In this document: positions 32,001-40,918 of the stretch, piece by piece
How positions within the stretch are numbered: the first letter of the stretch is position 1
Layout: each line of letters starts with the position of its first letter
Assembly (NCBI GenBank): GCA_003221655.1
Contig: QHSV01000235.1
Coordinates: forward strand, 1 to 42,007
Direction: 5' to 3'
Source of the DNA: Candidatus Rokuibacteriota bacterium
GTDB lineage: Bacteria; Methylomirabilota; Methylomirabilia; Rokubacteriales; CSP1-6
DNA: 42,007 bases
Notes under the pieces: model-generated
What the model saw: the letters and a program-made list of their open reading frames with translations, nothing else
What the model was told of the DNA's origin: nothing
The model's database searches: none
Translations under genes and position numbers: made by a program

Positions 32001-32593
32001 CGCACCTCGTCCATGACGTCACGCACGCGCACGAGGTTCTGGCGGGCGGCGTCGAGCTTGCCCTGGGTTTCGTTGCGCTGCTGCTTGTAGCGCGCGATCC
32101 CGGCGGCCTCCTCGATGAACACGCGGCGCTCGTGCGGCTTCGCCGTGAGCACGTGGTTGAGCTTGTCCTGGTCCATCACCGAGTACGCGCGTGGGTTGGC
32201 GCCGGTGCCGGCGAAGAGGTCGAGGATGTCACGCAGGCGGGACAGGTTCTGGTTGAGGAAGTACTCGCTCTCGCCCGTCCGGTAGAGCCGGCGACTCACT
32301 GCCACCTCGGTCCACGGCACCGAGAGCACGCCGTCGTTGCTGAAAGTCAATTCGACCTCGGCGAAGCCGACCGGCTTCCGCGACGCGGAGCCGTGGAAGA
32401 TCAGGTCCTCCATGCGCTGGCCGCGAAGCGACTTCGCGCTCTGCTCGCCGAGCGCCCAGCGCACCGACTCCGAGATGTTGCTCTTCCCGCATCCATTCGG
32501 ACCCACGATGGCGGTGATGCCGGGCGTGACCTTCAGGACGGTCTTTTCGGCGAACGACTTGAAGCCGTGCAGCGCAACGGACTCGAGGCGCAT
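29048..32593 (-). CDS. smc: chromosome segregation protein SMC
   Basis: ORF 29048..32860 with an ATG at 32593 (MRLESVALHGFKSFAEKTVL...). It has Walker A GPNGCGKSN, long coiled coils, a hinge, signature LSGGERALTGLA and Walker B FCVLDEVDAPLD. Confidence 0.92.
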   Translation of the reverse strand: MRLESVALHGFKSFAEKTVLKVTPGITAIVGPNGCGKSNISESVRWALGEQSAKSLRGQRMEDLIFHGSASRKPVGFAEVELTFSNDGVLSVPWTEVAVSRRLYRTGESEYFLNQNLSRLRDILDLFAGTGANPRAYSVMDQDKLNHVLTAKPHERRVFIEEAAGIARYKQQRNETQGKLDAARQNLVRVRDVMDEVRRQLASLERQAKKAQQYKTLQTEKRDLGLALVAADYAGLAGEGERLAAELVRVRDGEQDLRTRLASLAAREARAREALQESEHRLSDLRQSVAKVQGELERLLERREQMGVQIRELGDENVRLDEEVRAATERLSSIVSEREEVRRALRDAEQLAADRSRASAEFESAVERQRAALALERDHAEALRLEQTRLAGERIDLMRSAGELREREAQLGRRAERLAAELAQARTEADRLVSERAALTVVRNRAAAEFSSLEEERRRLDAEEADETRRSIEAEARLADARVALAARRSSFEALSELERAREGYGAGVRAVFAEDRRVALPGVVGTVADLLEVPPGMERAIEAVLGERLQWVVVERFEHARTAVAYLRDHGLGSATFLPLEHLPVADGPGPDDNGVRWVTRSVGANAPHLVHHLLAQVAIVDHLDEAEALWRRNGVVATYVTPGGEVLGPTGRLHGGENRASAATEHSLLARKRQLRDLEGEVQRLSAVVDAGQTDVTTLGASVVALREQSAGLGRSVQARLAERLAGEKDLERSAQEHERVLRHLETISAESQQVAREAEETGATLARLTQRIAVARNAEEAIEAAAAKVREAIESAQADETALGAELTACRVDLASATERVEALGRELPRLDETGRDLAQRLAQAGQRQTQLTERRAWLADERERTDLAAREVAVERDRTDAAARHATEEHDGLTSELRAVEHDSRGAESELGRLVASAHEIDIHSTECRVRREELGQEAWRVYGVDAPALVARHDPARDLDGVRDRVADLEERLAAIGPVNLVADDEYRELDERLNFLRAQHDDLTASIKDLEKALRGMTRTAQDRFVQAFDEINLHFGRLFERLFEGGRAELRLVEAEEGGDPLDTGVELMAQPRGKRLQAVTLLSGGERALTGLALLFAIFYFRPSPFCVLDEVDAPLDDANIYRFLRVLRELTGQTQFLVITHNRKTMEAADVLYGVTMEEPGLSTLVSVNLNA

Positions 32594-32626
32594 GGGGTTT
32601 CTTAGCACGGGCGACCCGTTACGACC

Positions 32627-32654
32627 AAAGAAAAAAGCACCAGCCGTGGGGGTG
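32627..32654 (-). terminator. weak intrinsic-terminator candidate after secA
   Basis: The minus strand reads CACC-CCCACGGCT-GGTG followed by CTTTTTTCTTT. The stem is only 4 bp, but the T-tract is conspicuous in this GC-rich context. It lies in the 94-nt secA-smc spacer. Confidence 0.25.
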
Positions 32655-32687
32655 TTACCGAGGCAGAGCGCTAAATATCGTCCCTCT

Positions 32688-35474
32688 TCATGTCTTGAGG
32701 TAGTGACATTTCTTGTACTTCTTGCCGGAGCCGCAGAAGCAGGGGTCGTTACGCCCGATTTTTTCCCCGGTCGCCGTGCGCGGAGCCGCCTGGGCGCGCG
32801 GCGCGGGCACGGCCGCGCGCGCGGGCTCGCTCGCCAGCTCGCCGCGGGATTCACGCGCATCCGCCCACGCCGTCATCGCGGGTAGCTCCATCGGCGCGTC
32901 GCGCACGATCTGCACCTTGAAGAGCCGCTCGATCACAGCGGCCTTGACGCGCTCGAACATCTCCTCGAAGAGGTCGAACGCCTCTTTCTTGTACTCCGTC
33001 AACGGGTCGCGTTGGCCGTAACCACGCAGCCCGATGCCTTCCTTGAGATGGTCGATCGATAACAGGTGGTCCTTCCACTGCGTGTCCAGGACGATCAGCA
33101 TCTCGTGTCGCTCGAGCGCCTGCAGGAGGTCAGGGCCGAGCTCCTGCTCGCGCTCCGCGAAGCGCGCCTTGACCGCGCCCTGGACCAGCTCGTCCAACCC
33201 TTCGCGGGAGGCCACCTCGGCGTACTGGGCCGGCGAGACCCGCGTGTCGAACTGCCGGTGGAGCGCCTCGGTGAGACCGCCGAGATCCCAGTCTTCCGGA
33301 TGCGCGCCGCGCGCTGCGTAGGCGTCGAGCGTCCCGCCCGTGAGCTCCTCGAGCCAATCGGCGATGGTCTCGTCCTGGCTCTCGCCCTCCAGGATCTGGC
33401 GCCGCATCCCGTAGATGACCTCGCGTTGCCGGTTCATCACGTCGTCGTACTCGAGCAGATGCTTGCGGATCTCGAAGTTGTGGGTCTCGACACGCTTCTG
33501 CGCGGTGGCGATCGCCCGGGTCACGAGCTTGTGCTCGATCGGCTCACCCTCCTGCATCCCGAGGCGCTCCATGATCCGCTCCACGCGCTGAGAACCGAAG
33601 ATCCGCAGCAGGTCGTCCTGGAGCGACAGATAGAAGCGCGAGGAGCCGGGGTCACCCTGTCGTCCGGAGCGTCCGCGGAGCTGGTTGTCCACGCGCCGCG
33701 CCTCATGGCGCTCGGTGCCGACGATGTGCAGACCGCCACGCTCGACCACACGGGCGTGCTCGGGCTCGGTGATCCGTCGGGCCTCGGCCAGGGCGGCCGT
33801 CCGGTCGGGCGCCGCCGCAGTCACGGGGTCCAACCCCTTTTTTCGGAGAATCTCCTTCGACAGGAAGTCGGGGTTGCCACCGAGCAGGATGTCGGTGCCG
33901 CGGCCGGCCATGTTGGTCGCGATCGTGACCGAACTCTCCCGGCCCGCCTGGGCGACGATCTCGGCCTCGCGCTCGTGATACTTCGCGTTGAGGACCTCGT
34001 GACGGATCCCACGCTTTTTCAGGAGGCTCGCCAGCACCTCGGACTTCTCGATCGAGACGGTGCCGACGAGGACGGGCTGACCGCGCTGGTTGCGCTCGAT
34101 GATATCGTCGACCACCGCGTTGAACTTCTCCCGCTCCGTCTTGTACACCACGTCCGGATTGTTGATCCGGATCAGCGTCCGGTTCGTGGGGATCACCGTG
34201 ACGTCGAGCTTGTAGATCTTGGCGAACTCCTCCGCCTCGGTCTCGGCGGTGCCGGTCATTCCGGCGAGCTTGTCGTACATGCGGAAGTAGTTCTGAAAGG
34301 TGATCGTCGCCAGCGTCTGGTTCTCCCGCTCGATCCGTACGGCCTCCTTGGCCTCGACCGCCTGATGGAGGCCGTCGGACCAGCGCCGGCCCGGCATCTG
34401 GCGCCCCGTGAATTCGTCGATGATGACGACCTGCCCGTCCTTGACGATGTAATCGACGTCGCGCCTGAAGAGCGCGTGGGCCCGGAGCCCCTGCTGGATG
34501 TGGTGCAGGATGGTCATGTGGCGCGGGTCATAGAGATTCTCGACGTTCAACAGCCGCTCGCAGGTGGCGATCCCCTCCTCGGTCAGCGAGACCGCGCGCG
34601 CTTTTTCGTCGACGATGAAATCGCCCTTCTTCTCCGCTTCGATCTCCGAGAGCTTCCCCTCGACGATCGTGGCGGCCCGGCGGAGCTTCGGGATGATCCG
34701 GTCGATCTTGAAGTAGAGGTCGGTCGACTCGTCGGCCGGCCCGGAGATGATCAGGGGCGTCCGCGCCTCGTCGATCAGGATCGAATCCACCTCGTCGACG
34801 ATGGCGTAGTGGAGCTCCGGCTGCACCAGCTCCTCGAGGGTGAAGCGCATGTTGTCGCGGAGGTAGTCGAAGCCGAACTCGTTGTTCGTGCCGTAGGTGA
34901 CGTCGGCCCGATACGCCTCCTGGCGCGTGCACGGCCGAAGCGAGGTCAGCCGGATATCCGACGTCACGAACGCCGGGTCGTACAGAAACGACGCCTCGTG
35001 CTGGATGACGCCGACGGAGAACCCGAGCGCGTCGTAGATGGGCCCCATCCACTGCGCGTCGCGCTTCGCCAGGTAGTCGTTGACCGTGACGATGTGCACG
35101 CCGCGGCCCGTCAGGCCGTTCAGGTACGCCGGGAGCGTCGCCACGAGCGTCTTGCCCTCGCCCGTCGCCATCTCGGCGATCGTCCCCTCGTGGAGCACCA
35201 TGCCGCCGATCAGCTGGACGTCGAAGTGGCGCATCCCGACCGTGCGGCGCGCCGCCTCGCGGCACACCGCGAAGGCCTCGGGCAGGACGTCGTCGAGCGT
35301 TCCGTCGCGCTCGATCCGCTTCTTGAACTCCTCGGACTTCGCGCGGAGGGCCGCATCGTCGAGGGACCGCAGTGACGGTTCGAGCGCGTTGATCGAATCG
35401 ACGACCGGCATCATCCGCTTGACGTCGCGCTCGTGCTTGGTCCCGAAGATCTTTTTCAACAGGACGTCTATCAT
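32688..35474 (-). CDS. secA: preprotein translocase ATPase SecA
   Basis: 928-aa ORF with the N-terminus [19 protein letters not shown]-like motor motifs ([29 protein letters not shown]) and the C-terminal zinc-binding tail [13 protein letters not shown]. Confidence 0.95.
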   Translation of the reverse strand: MIDVLLKKIFGTKHERDVKRMMPVVDSINALEPSLRSLDDAALRAKSEEFKKRIERDGTLDDVLPEAFAVCREAARRTVGMRHFDVQLIGGMVLHEGTIAEMATGEGKTLVATLPAYLNGLTGRGVHIVTVNDYLAKRDAQWMGPIYDALGFSVGVIQHEASFLYDPAFVTSDIRLTSLRPCTRQEAYRADVTYGTNNEFGFDYLRDNMRFTLEELVQPELHYAIVDEVDSILIDEARTPLIISGPADESTDLYFKIDRIIPKLRRAATIVEGKLSEIEAEKKGDFIVDEKARAVSLTEEGIATCERLLNVENLYDPRHMTILHHIQQGLRAHALFRRDVDYIVKDGQVVIIDEFTGRQMPGRRWSDGLHQAVEAKEAVRIERENQTLATITFQNYFRMYDKLAGMTGTAETEAEEFAKIYKLDVTVIPTNRTLIRINNPDVVYKTEREKFNAVVDDIIERNQRGQPVLVGTVSIEKSEVLASLLKKRGIRHEVLNAKYHEREAEIVAQAGRESSVTIATNMAGRGTDILLGGNPDFLSKEILRKKGLDPVTAAAPDRTAALAEARRITEPEHARVVERGGLHIVGTERHEARRVDNQLRGRSGRQGDPGSSRFYLSLQDDLLRIFGSQRVERIMERLGMQEGEPIEHKLVTRAIATAQKRVETHNFEIRKHLLEYDDVMNRQREVIYGMRRQILEGESQDETIADWLEELTGGTLDAYAARGAHPEDWDLGGLTEALHRQFDTRVSPAQYAEVASREGLDELVQGAVKARFAEREQELGPDLLQALERHEMLIVLDTQWKDHLLSIDHLKEGIGLRGYGQRDPLTEYKKEAFDLFEEMFERVKAAVIERLFKVQIVRDAPMELPAMTAWADARESRGELASEPARAAVPAPRAQAAPRTATGEKIGRNDPCFCGSGKKYKKCHYLKT

Positions 35475-35484
35475 GACGTGCTCA

Positions 35485-37173
35485 TTATACAGGGCGCGTT
35501 CGCGGACCTGGCCGCCCCAACAGCTCGCGAGCGTGACCGCGCGCGGTGTCGGTGACCCGCTCGCCCGCCACCATGCGTGCGATCTCCTCGACGCGCGCCT
35601 CCCCGGTCAGCACCTCGGCGCTGACGCGTGTCCGGCCCGCGCGCACGCCCTTGGACACGCGAACGTGGTGCGCCGCGCGGGCGGCGATCGGCGCCAGGTG
35701 CGTCACACAGAGGACCTGACGCCCCTCGGCGGCTTTGGCGAGCTTCTGGGCGACGACCGCCGCGACGCGCCCGCCGATGCCCGCGTCCACCTCGTCGAAG
35801 ATCATCGTCGGCACGCGGTCGGCGCGCGCAAGGACGGCTTTGAGGGCGAGCATCGTCCGCGAGAGCTCGCCGCCCGACGCCACCCGGGCGAGAGGACGCA
35901 CGTCCTCGCCCGGGTTCGCCGAGAGGCGGAATTCGACCCGGTCGAGGCCGCGCGGCCCGACGTCCGCGAGCGGCACCTGCTCGACCGCAATCTCGAAGCG
36001 GGCCCGCTCCATCCCGAGTTGCCGCAACTCACGCTCCGTCTCTCCAGCGAGCTTCTCCGCCGCGGCGCGACGGCGGTCCGCGAGCGCGACCGCCGATTCC
36101 TGGAGCTCCGTGCGCAGCTCGCCGAGCATTCGTTCCTGCTCGGCCAGGATCTCCTCGTGGCGGCCCAGACGCTCAAGCTCGACCGCCGCCTCCTGCCGGA
36201 AGGCCAGCATCGTCGCCTCCGTGTCCCCGTACTTCCGCTTGAGACGGGTGAGGACGTCGAGGCGCTCGTCCACCGACTCGAGCCGGCCCGGCGCCATCGT
36301 CACGCCCTCACGCAGCGCGCGGATCGCCGCGAGCGCGTCCTCGATCAGCGCCCCGGCGCCGTCCACCGCGTCGGCCGGCGTGGCGAACGCCGGATCGAGC
36401 CGCGCGAGCTCGTGCAGGAGGCGCGCCGTGCGGTGCAGACGGCTCGTCGCCGAATCTTCGTCCTCGTTGAGGAGCCCGCCGGCCTCGGCGAGCCCTGCGG
36501 CCAGCCGCTCAGCGTGCTGGAGCCGCCGGCGCTCTGACCGCAGCTCCTCCTCCTCGCCCACCCACAGACGCGCGCCGTCGAGCTCCGAGAGCTGAAAGCG
36601 GAGGAGGTCCTCCCGCTGAGCCCGATCGCGCTCGGCCGCCCGCACGTGCTCGACCTCGGCCCGCGCCGCCTGATGCTTGGCGAACAGCTCGCCCACGCGC
36701 GCGCGTAACTCCTCGGTATCGGCGAAGCGGTCCAGCAGGTCGAGCTGGCGGGCCGTCTCAAGCAGGCGCTGGTGCTCGTGCTGACCGTGGACTTCGACCA
36801 GGTGGTCGCCAAGGCGCTCCAGCAGCCCGACGGTCACGGGCGAGTCGTTCACGAACGCGCGATGACGCCCGGAATGGGTAAGCTCGCGTCGTACCACGAG
36901 CTGGCCCTCGTCCAGGCCGAGCCCTACGTCGTCGAGCACCGCCGCCGCCGGGCCCTGCGGCTCCACATCGAACACGGCCTCGACGGTCGCCGTCTCGGTG
37001 TCCGTACGGATCACGTCGGTCTGGGCGCGGGCGCCGCGGATCAAGAGGATCGCGTCGATGAGCATGGACTTCCCTGCGCCGGTCTCGCCGGTGAGCACGT
37101 TCAGCCCGGGACCGAACGCTGCGGTCACCGCGTCGATCACGGCGAAGTTACGGACCCGGATCTCGCGGAGCAT
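35485..37173 (-). CDS. recN: DNA repair protein RecN
   Basis: 562-aa ORF starting [14 protein letters not shown], with Walker A GETGAGKS, a coiled-coil middle, a C-terminal SGGELSR signature and [11 protein letters not shown]. Confidence 0.92.
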   Translation of the reverse strand: MLREIRVRNFAVIDAVTAAFGPGLNVLTGETGAGKSMLIDAILLIRGARAQTDVIRTDTETATVEAVFDVEPQGPAAAVLDDVGLGLDEGQLVVRRELTHSGRHRAFVNDSPVTVGLLERLGDHLVEVHGQHEHQRLLETARQLDLLDRFADTEELRARVGELFAKHQAARAEVEHVRAAERDRAQREDLLRFQLSELDGARLWVGEEEELRSERRRLQHAERLAAGLAEAGGLLNEDEDSATSRLHRTARLLHELARLDPAFATPADAVDGAGALIEDALAAIRALREGVTMAPGRLESVDERLDVLTRLKRKYGDTEATMLAFRQEAAVELERLGRHEEILAEQERMLGELRTELQESAVALADRRRAAAEKLAGETERELRQLGMERARFEIAVEQVPLADVGPRGLDRVEFRLSANPGEDVRPLARVASGGELSRTMLALKAVLARADRVPTMIFDEVDAGIGGRVAAVVAQKLAKAAEGRQVLCVTHLAPIAARAAHHVRVSKGVRAGRTRVSAEVLTGEARVEEIARMVAGERVTDTARGHARELLGRPGPRTRPV

Positions 37174-37182
37174 CTCGTGTCG

Positions 37183-37230
37183 ATGCTAGGGCAGCAGAGC
37201 GGGTACCTCAAGTGGTATCCGAGCGAATAC
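37183..37230 (-). promoter_or_regulatory. candidate recN promoter (TTGAGG-17-TAGCAT) overlapped by two short palindromes
   Basis: On the minus strand the -35 TTGAGG is at 37206..37211 and the -10 TAGCAT is at 37183..37188, with an exact 17-nt spacer. Palindromes TACC-N6-GGTA (37204..37217) and GTAT-N8-ATAC (37215..37230) overlap or flank the -35. Confidence 0.3.
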
Positions 37231-37234
37231 GGCG

Positions 37235-38092
37235 CTAACGCTCACCCCACTTGAGCTTTGTGCGCAGGACGGAGAAGAAATCCTTCTGCGGGAAGCGAAC
37301 CAGCCGGATACGCGAGGCCGCCTTGCGGATCTCGACCGTATCGCCTTCCCTCAGTCCCACGCCGACCTGGCCATCCATCGTGGCCATGACCTCCTGGTCG
37401 GCCAGGAGGGTGACTTCGATCCGGTCCGTCCCGGGCACAACGATCGGCCGGTTGGTCAGCGTGTGCGAGCAGATGGGGGTCAGCACGATCGCATCCATCG
37501 TGGGGAAGAGGATGGGGCCCCCGGCCGAGAGCGAATAGGCGGTCGAGCCGGTCGGCGTCGAGATGATGAGGCCGTCGGCGCGGTACGCGGTCGCGTACCG
37601 CCCCTCGACGGACACCGAGAGGTCGATGATGCGGCTCATCGCCGACTTCGTGATGACCACGTCGTTGAGCGCCGCGTACTCGCAGAGCGGCTGTCCGTTG
37701 CGGATCACGCGCGCGGCCAGCAGCATCCGCTCCTCGATCGCCATCCGGCCCCCCAGATACGCCTCCAGGGCCGGGAACATCTCCTCGAGCGTCGTCGCGG
37801 TGAGGAATCCGAGTCCGCCCAGGTTCACCCCGAGCAGCGGCACGCCGAGGTCACCCACGGCCCGCGCCATCGAGAGGAGGGTGCCGTCGCCCCCGAGCAC
37901 GATGAGCAGGTCGACCTGCCCCGGCAGTTCCGCCTTGCTGGCCGACGCACCGACCACTACCGGGACCAGGTCCGCGGTCTCCTTCTCGAACACCACGGCG
38001 TGCCCGCGGGCCGCGAGCCACGGGAGCAGCTGGAGAATGACGCCCTGAGCGCGGGGCGCATCGGGCTTGGCAACGATGCCGACGCGCGTCAC
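37235..38092 (-). CDS. nadK: NAD+ kinase
   Basis: 285-aa ORF with GGDGTLL, NLGGLGFL and the ADGLIISTPTGSTAYSLSAGGPI motif. Its start makes an overlap with the tlyA stop. Confidence 0.9.
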   Translation of the reverse strand: MTRVGIVAKPDAPRAQGVILQLLPWLAARGHAVVFEKETADLVPVVVGASASKAELPGQVDLLIVLGGDGTLLSMARAVGDLGVPLLGVNLGGLGFLTATTLEEMFPALEAYLGGRMAIEERMLLAARVIRNGQPLCEYAALNDVVITKSAMSRIIDLSVSVEGRYATAYRADGLIISTPTGSTAYSLSAGGPILFPTMDAIVLTPICSHTLTNRPIVVPGTDRIEVTLLADQEVMATMDGQVGVGLREGDTVEIRKAASRIRLVRFPQKDFFSVLRTKLKWGER

Positions 38093-38901
38093 GCGAGCGC
38101 CTCAACGCTCCGGGTGATCATCGACTCCAGATCGCTGGCGGTGCGGCCGTGCGTCGAGAAGTGCAGGAAAAACTCGTGATTGCCCTTCGGGCCTCGCAGC
38201 GGCGAGGCGGTGACACCGAGAACGTGCCAGCCGCGGAGCACCACGTAGCGCGCCAGGCGTTGGACCGCCCCCCGGTGATGCGCCGGGTCGCGGACGACGC
38301 CGCCCTTGCCGACATGCTCACGTCCGACCTCGAACTGCGGCTTCACGAGAGCGGCGACTTCCCCGCGCGACGCGAGGACGCCGAACACCGCGGGAAGGAT
38401 CTTCTCGAGCGAGATGAACGACACATCGATGACCGCGAGCGTCGGCTGCTCGCCGAAAACCCGAGGGTCGAGCGCCCGCGCGTTCGTGTGTTCCATCACG
38501 ATGACGCGCTGGTCTTTTCGGAGCCGCGGGTCGAGCTGGCCCGTGCCGACGTCCACCGCGTACACGCGCGTGGCGCCGCGCTGGAGCAGACAGTCGGTGA
38601 ATCCTCCGGTGGAGGCCCCGACGTCCAGGCAGACGCGCCCGGGCACCTTGATCTGGAAGGTGTCGAGTGCGTGAACGAGCTTCTCGCCACCACGGCTCAC
38701 GTACGGGGCGCGCGCCCGAAGCTCGACCGCCGCTCCTGACGCCACGAGAGCACCCGCCTTGTCCACGCGCTGGCTGTCCACGAACACGTCGCCCGCCAGG
38801 ATGTGACGGGCCGCCTTTTCGCGACTCTCCACCAGCCCCTTGTCAACGAGCAACCGGTCGATCCGGACTCGCGCTCCCGTGCGCTTCATTATGCGCCTCA
38901 T
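38089..38901 (-). CDS. tlyA: TlyA family rRNA (cytidine-2'-O)-methyltransferase
   Basis: This is the C-terminal ~270 codons of ORF 38089..39447. The start is the ATG at 38901 (TAATG overlap with the rhomboid stop) or at 38889. It has an S4 domain (RIDRLLVDKGLVESREKA) and an FtsJ-type SAM site CLDVGASTGGFTDCLL. Confidence 0.85.
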   Translation of the reverse strand: MRRIMKRTGARVRIDRLLVDKGLVESREKAARHILAGDVFVDSQRVDKAGALVASGAAVELRARAPYVSRGGEKLVHALDTFQIKVPGRVCLDVGASTGGFTDCLLQRGATRVYAVDVGTGQLDPRLRKDQRVIVMEHTNARALDPRVFGEQPTLAVIDVSFISLEKILPAVFGVLASRGEVAALVKPQFEVGREHVGKGGVVRDPAHHRGAVQRLARYVVLRGWHVLGVTASPLRGPKGNHEFFLHFSTHGRTASDLESMITRSVEALA

Positions 38902-39608
38902 TATAGGCGACGGCCACGCCGCGGCCGCATCAGAAACAGCAGAGCCATCCCCGCCAGAACCCCCCCGATGTGGGCGAACCAAGCGGTGCCCCCGGTCGCG
39001 CCACCGCCCCCCGCCGAGGCGCTGGCCGTGATGAGCCCGTTGAGGAACTGGACCACGATCCAGAAGCCGAGCACGATGATCGCCGGCCAGCGGACGACGC
39101 GAGCGAAAAAGCCGAAGATCACGAGCACGAGCACGCCCGCGTACGGAAACAGCAGGAGGTACGCCCCCAGCACTCCCGAGACGGCGCCGCTCGCGCCGAC
39201 CATCGGAATGCGCGAGCCCGGGTGCACCACAATCTGCGCCAGCGCCGCCGCCACACCGGCCATGAGATAGAAAGCGAGGAAACGCCCGTGCCCGAGGGTG
39301 TCCTCGACGTTGTCGCCGAAGATCCACAGGTAGAGCATGTTGCCGGCGACGTGGAACAGCCCGCCGTGCATAAACATGGACGTGAAGATCGTCACGATCG
39401 GATGCGGGAACTCGCCGAGTACCGAGCAGGCGCCGGTGACCCGGCACGGTACAACTCCAAACTCGAAGATGAACGCCTCGGCCGCCCGCGGGTCGCCGCC
39501 CATCCCGATCGAGGCCTGGTAAAGGAAAACGAGAACGTTCAGGGCGATCAAGCCGAAGGTGACGAACGGGACGCTGCCGCTCGAGACGTCGTCCTTGAGC
39601 GGGATCAT
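38901..39608 (-). CDS. rhomboid family intramembrane serine protease
   Basis: 235-aa polytopic ORF with HGGLFHVAGNMLYLWIFG, catalytic GASGAVSGVLGAY and FAHIGGVLAG (His). Confidence 0.85.
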   Translation of the reverse strand: MIPLKDDVSSGSVPFVTFGLIALNVLVFLYQASIGMGGDPRAAEAFIFEFGVVPCRVTGACSVLGEFPHPIVTIFTSMFMHGGLFHVAGNMLYLWIFGDNVEDTLGHGRFLAFYLMAGVAAALAQIVVHPGSRIPMVGASGAVSGVLGAYLLLFPYAGVLVLVIFGFFARVVRWPAIIVLGFWIVVQFLNGLITASASAGGGGATGGTAWFAHIGGVLAGMALLFLMRPRRGRRL

Positions 39609-40918
39609 CGCTGGGTCGTTGGCTGGAGCACGACGACGGTCGGGTGGGTCAGGTACCGTTCCGCGGCCCGTGCCACATCCGCGGCCGTCACGGCCTCGAT
39701 CGCGCGTGCGTAGCGCTCCGGGAAGTCCCAGCCAGCGCCAACAACCTCGAAGAAGGCGAGATACCAGGCCTGGCGGGCGTTCGTGCGCCGGTCCATCGAG
39801 AGCTGACCCCGGACGTACGCCTTGGCGCGGGCCAGCTCCTCGGCGGTGATGGGCGCGGCTCGTACGCGCTCGAGCTCGTGTAACACGCCCACCTCGGCCG
39901 CGGCGGCGTTCGCCGGCGCCGTCCCCAGGTAGGCCACGAAGAACGCCGGCCCGGTGCGGAACGGAGGGACCACCACGCCCGTCGAGTAGGCGAGCCCGCG
40001 GCGGTCGCGAAGCTCCACGAAGAGGCGGCCGGCCATGCCGCCACCGAGCGTCGCCGCGAGAACCCGAACCGCCGGGTGGAGAGGATCCGACAGCCCTGGC
40101 CCGAGATAGCCGACCAAAATCTGCGCTTGCTGGGCGCGACGCTCGATGAGCCGGCGTTCACCTGCAGGCTCGGGAACCGCGAGCGCATCCCCGGCGTGCG
40201 GCGCCGAGCGAGCCATCCGGCCGAAGAGCCGCTCGGCGACCTGGATGACACGCCCCCGCTCCACCTGGCCACTCACCGCGAGCACCATCCGCTCCGGGCG
40301 GTAGATCGCTCGGTAGTGCGTCCGCAGCTCGTCACGCGTCAGCTGCTCGATGCTCTCCTTGTGGCCGAGGTAGTGCCGCCCGTAGGGATGAGGACCGTAG
40401 AGGTCCCGGAGCATCGCGTCGAAGGTGAACGAAAAGGGCGCGTCCGCTCGGGATTTGATCTGGGCGAGGAGCAGCCGACGCTCTCTTTCGATCTCCTCCG
40501 GCTCCAACGCCGGCTCGAGGGCGGCTTCGGCAATCAGTGCGAGGAGCGTCGTCCAGTTGCGCGCCAGCGTCTGGCCCCGCACCTCCGCGGCCTCGACCTC
40601 ACCACCCGCGTCGAGCGTGCCGCCGATATCTTCATAGCTCGTGGCGAACTGCTCGGCCGTCCGCTTGGCCGTGCCGCGGAGCATTGCGCGATGGAGGAAG
40701 TTGGTAATGCCGGCGGTCGTCTCCGTCTCGAAGCGCGAGCCGGCCCGCACCTGGAGCGACACGGCGACCGCTGGGACCGCAGCGTTCTCGCGCACGAGCA
40801 CCGTCATCCCGTTCGCGAGCACGTGTCGCGTGACCTGCCGCTCCTGGGCGGCGGCGCCGCCGGCCGCGAGGCCAAGCGCGAGAACTGCCGATCCGAGCGA
40901 CAGGCCGATGCGCCTCAT
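39605..40918 (-). CDS. M16 family peptidase-like protein, predicted non-catalytic (no HxxEH)
   Basis: ORF 39605..41050. An ATG at 40918 (MRRIGLSLGSAVLALGLAAGGAAAQE signal peptide) makes an ATGA overlap with the upstream stop at 40915. The zinc-motif position reads GITNFLHRAMLRGT instead of HxxEH. Confidence 0.78.
   Translation of the reverse strand: MRRIGLSLGSAVLALGLAAGGAAAQERQVTRHVLANGMTVLVRENAAVPAVAVSLQVRAGSRFETETTAGITNFLHRAMLRGTAKRTAEQFATSYEDIGGTLDAGGEVEAAEVRGQTLARNWTTLLALIAEAALEPALEPEEIERERRLLLAQIKSRADAPFSFTFDAMLRDLYGPHPYGRHYLGHKESIEQLTRDELRTHYRAIYRPERMVLAVSGQVERGRVIQVAERLFGRMARSAPHAGDALAVPEPAGERRLIERRAQQAQILVGYLGPGLSDPLHPAVRVLAATLGGGMAGRLFVELRDRRGLAYSTGVVVPPFRTGPAFFVAYLGTAPANAAAAEVGVLHELERVRAAPITAEELARAKAYVRGQLSMDRRTNARQAWYLAFFEVVGAGWDFPERYARAIEAVTAADVARAAERYLTHPTVVVLQPTTQR

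Noticed and set aside
33066-35375. 769-aa plus-strand ORF, plus other long plus-strand ORFs (e.g. 13982..15256, 17195..18730, 35080..36537, 868..1965)
   Set aside because: All lie entirely inside strongly supported minus-strand genes (secA, clpC, lolC/E, recN, glycosyltransferases). All show low-complexity shadow-frame composition.
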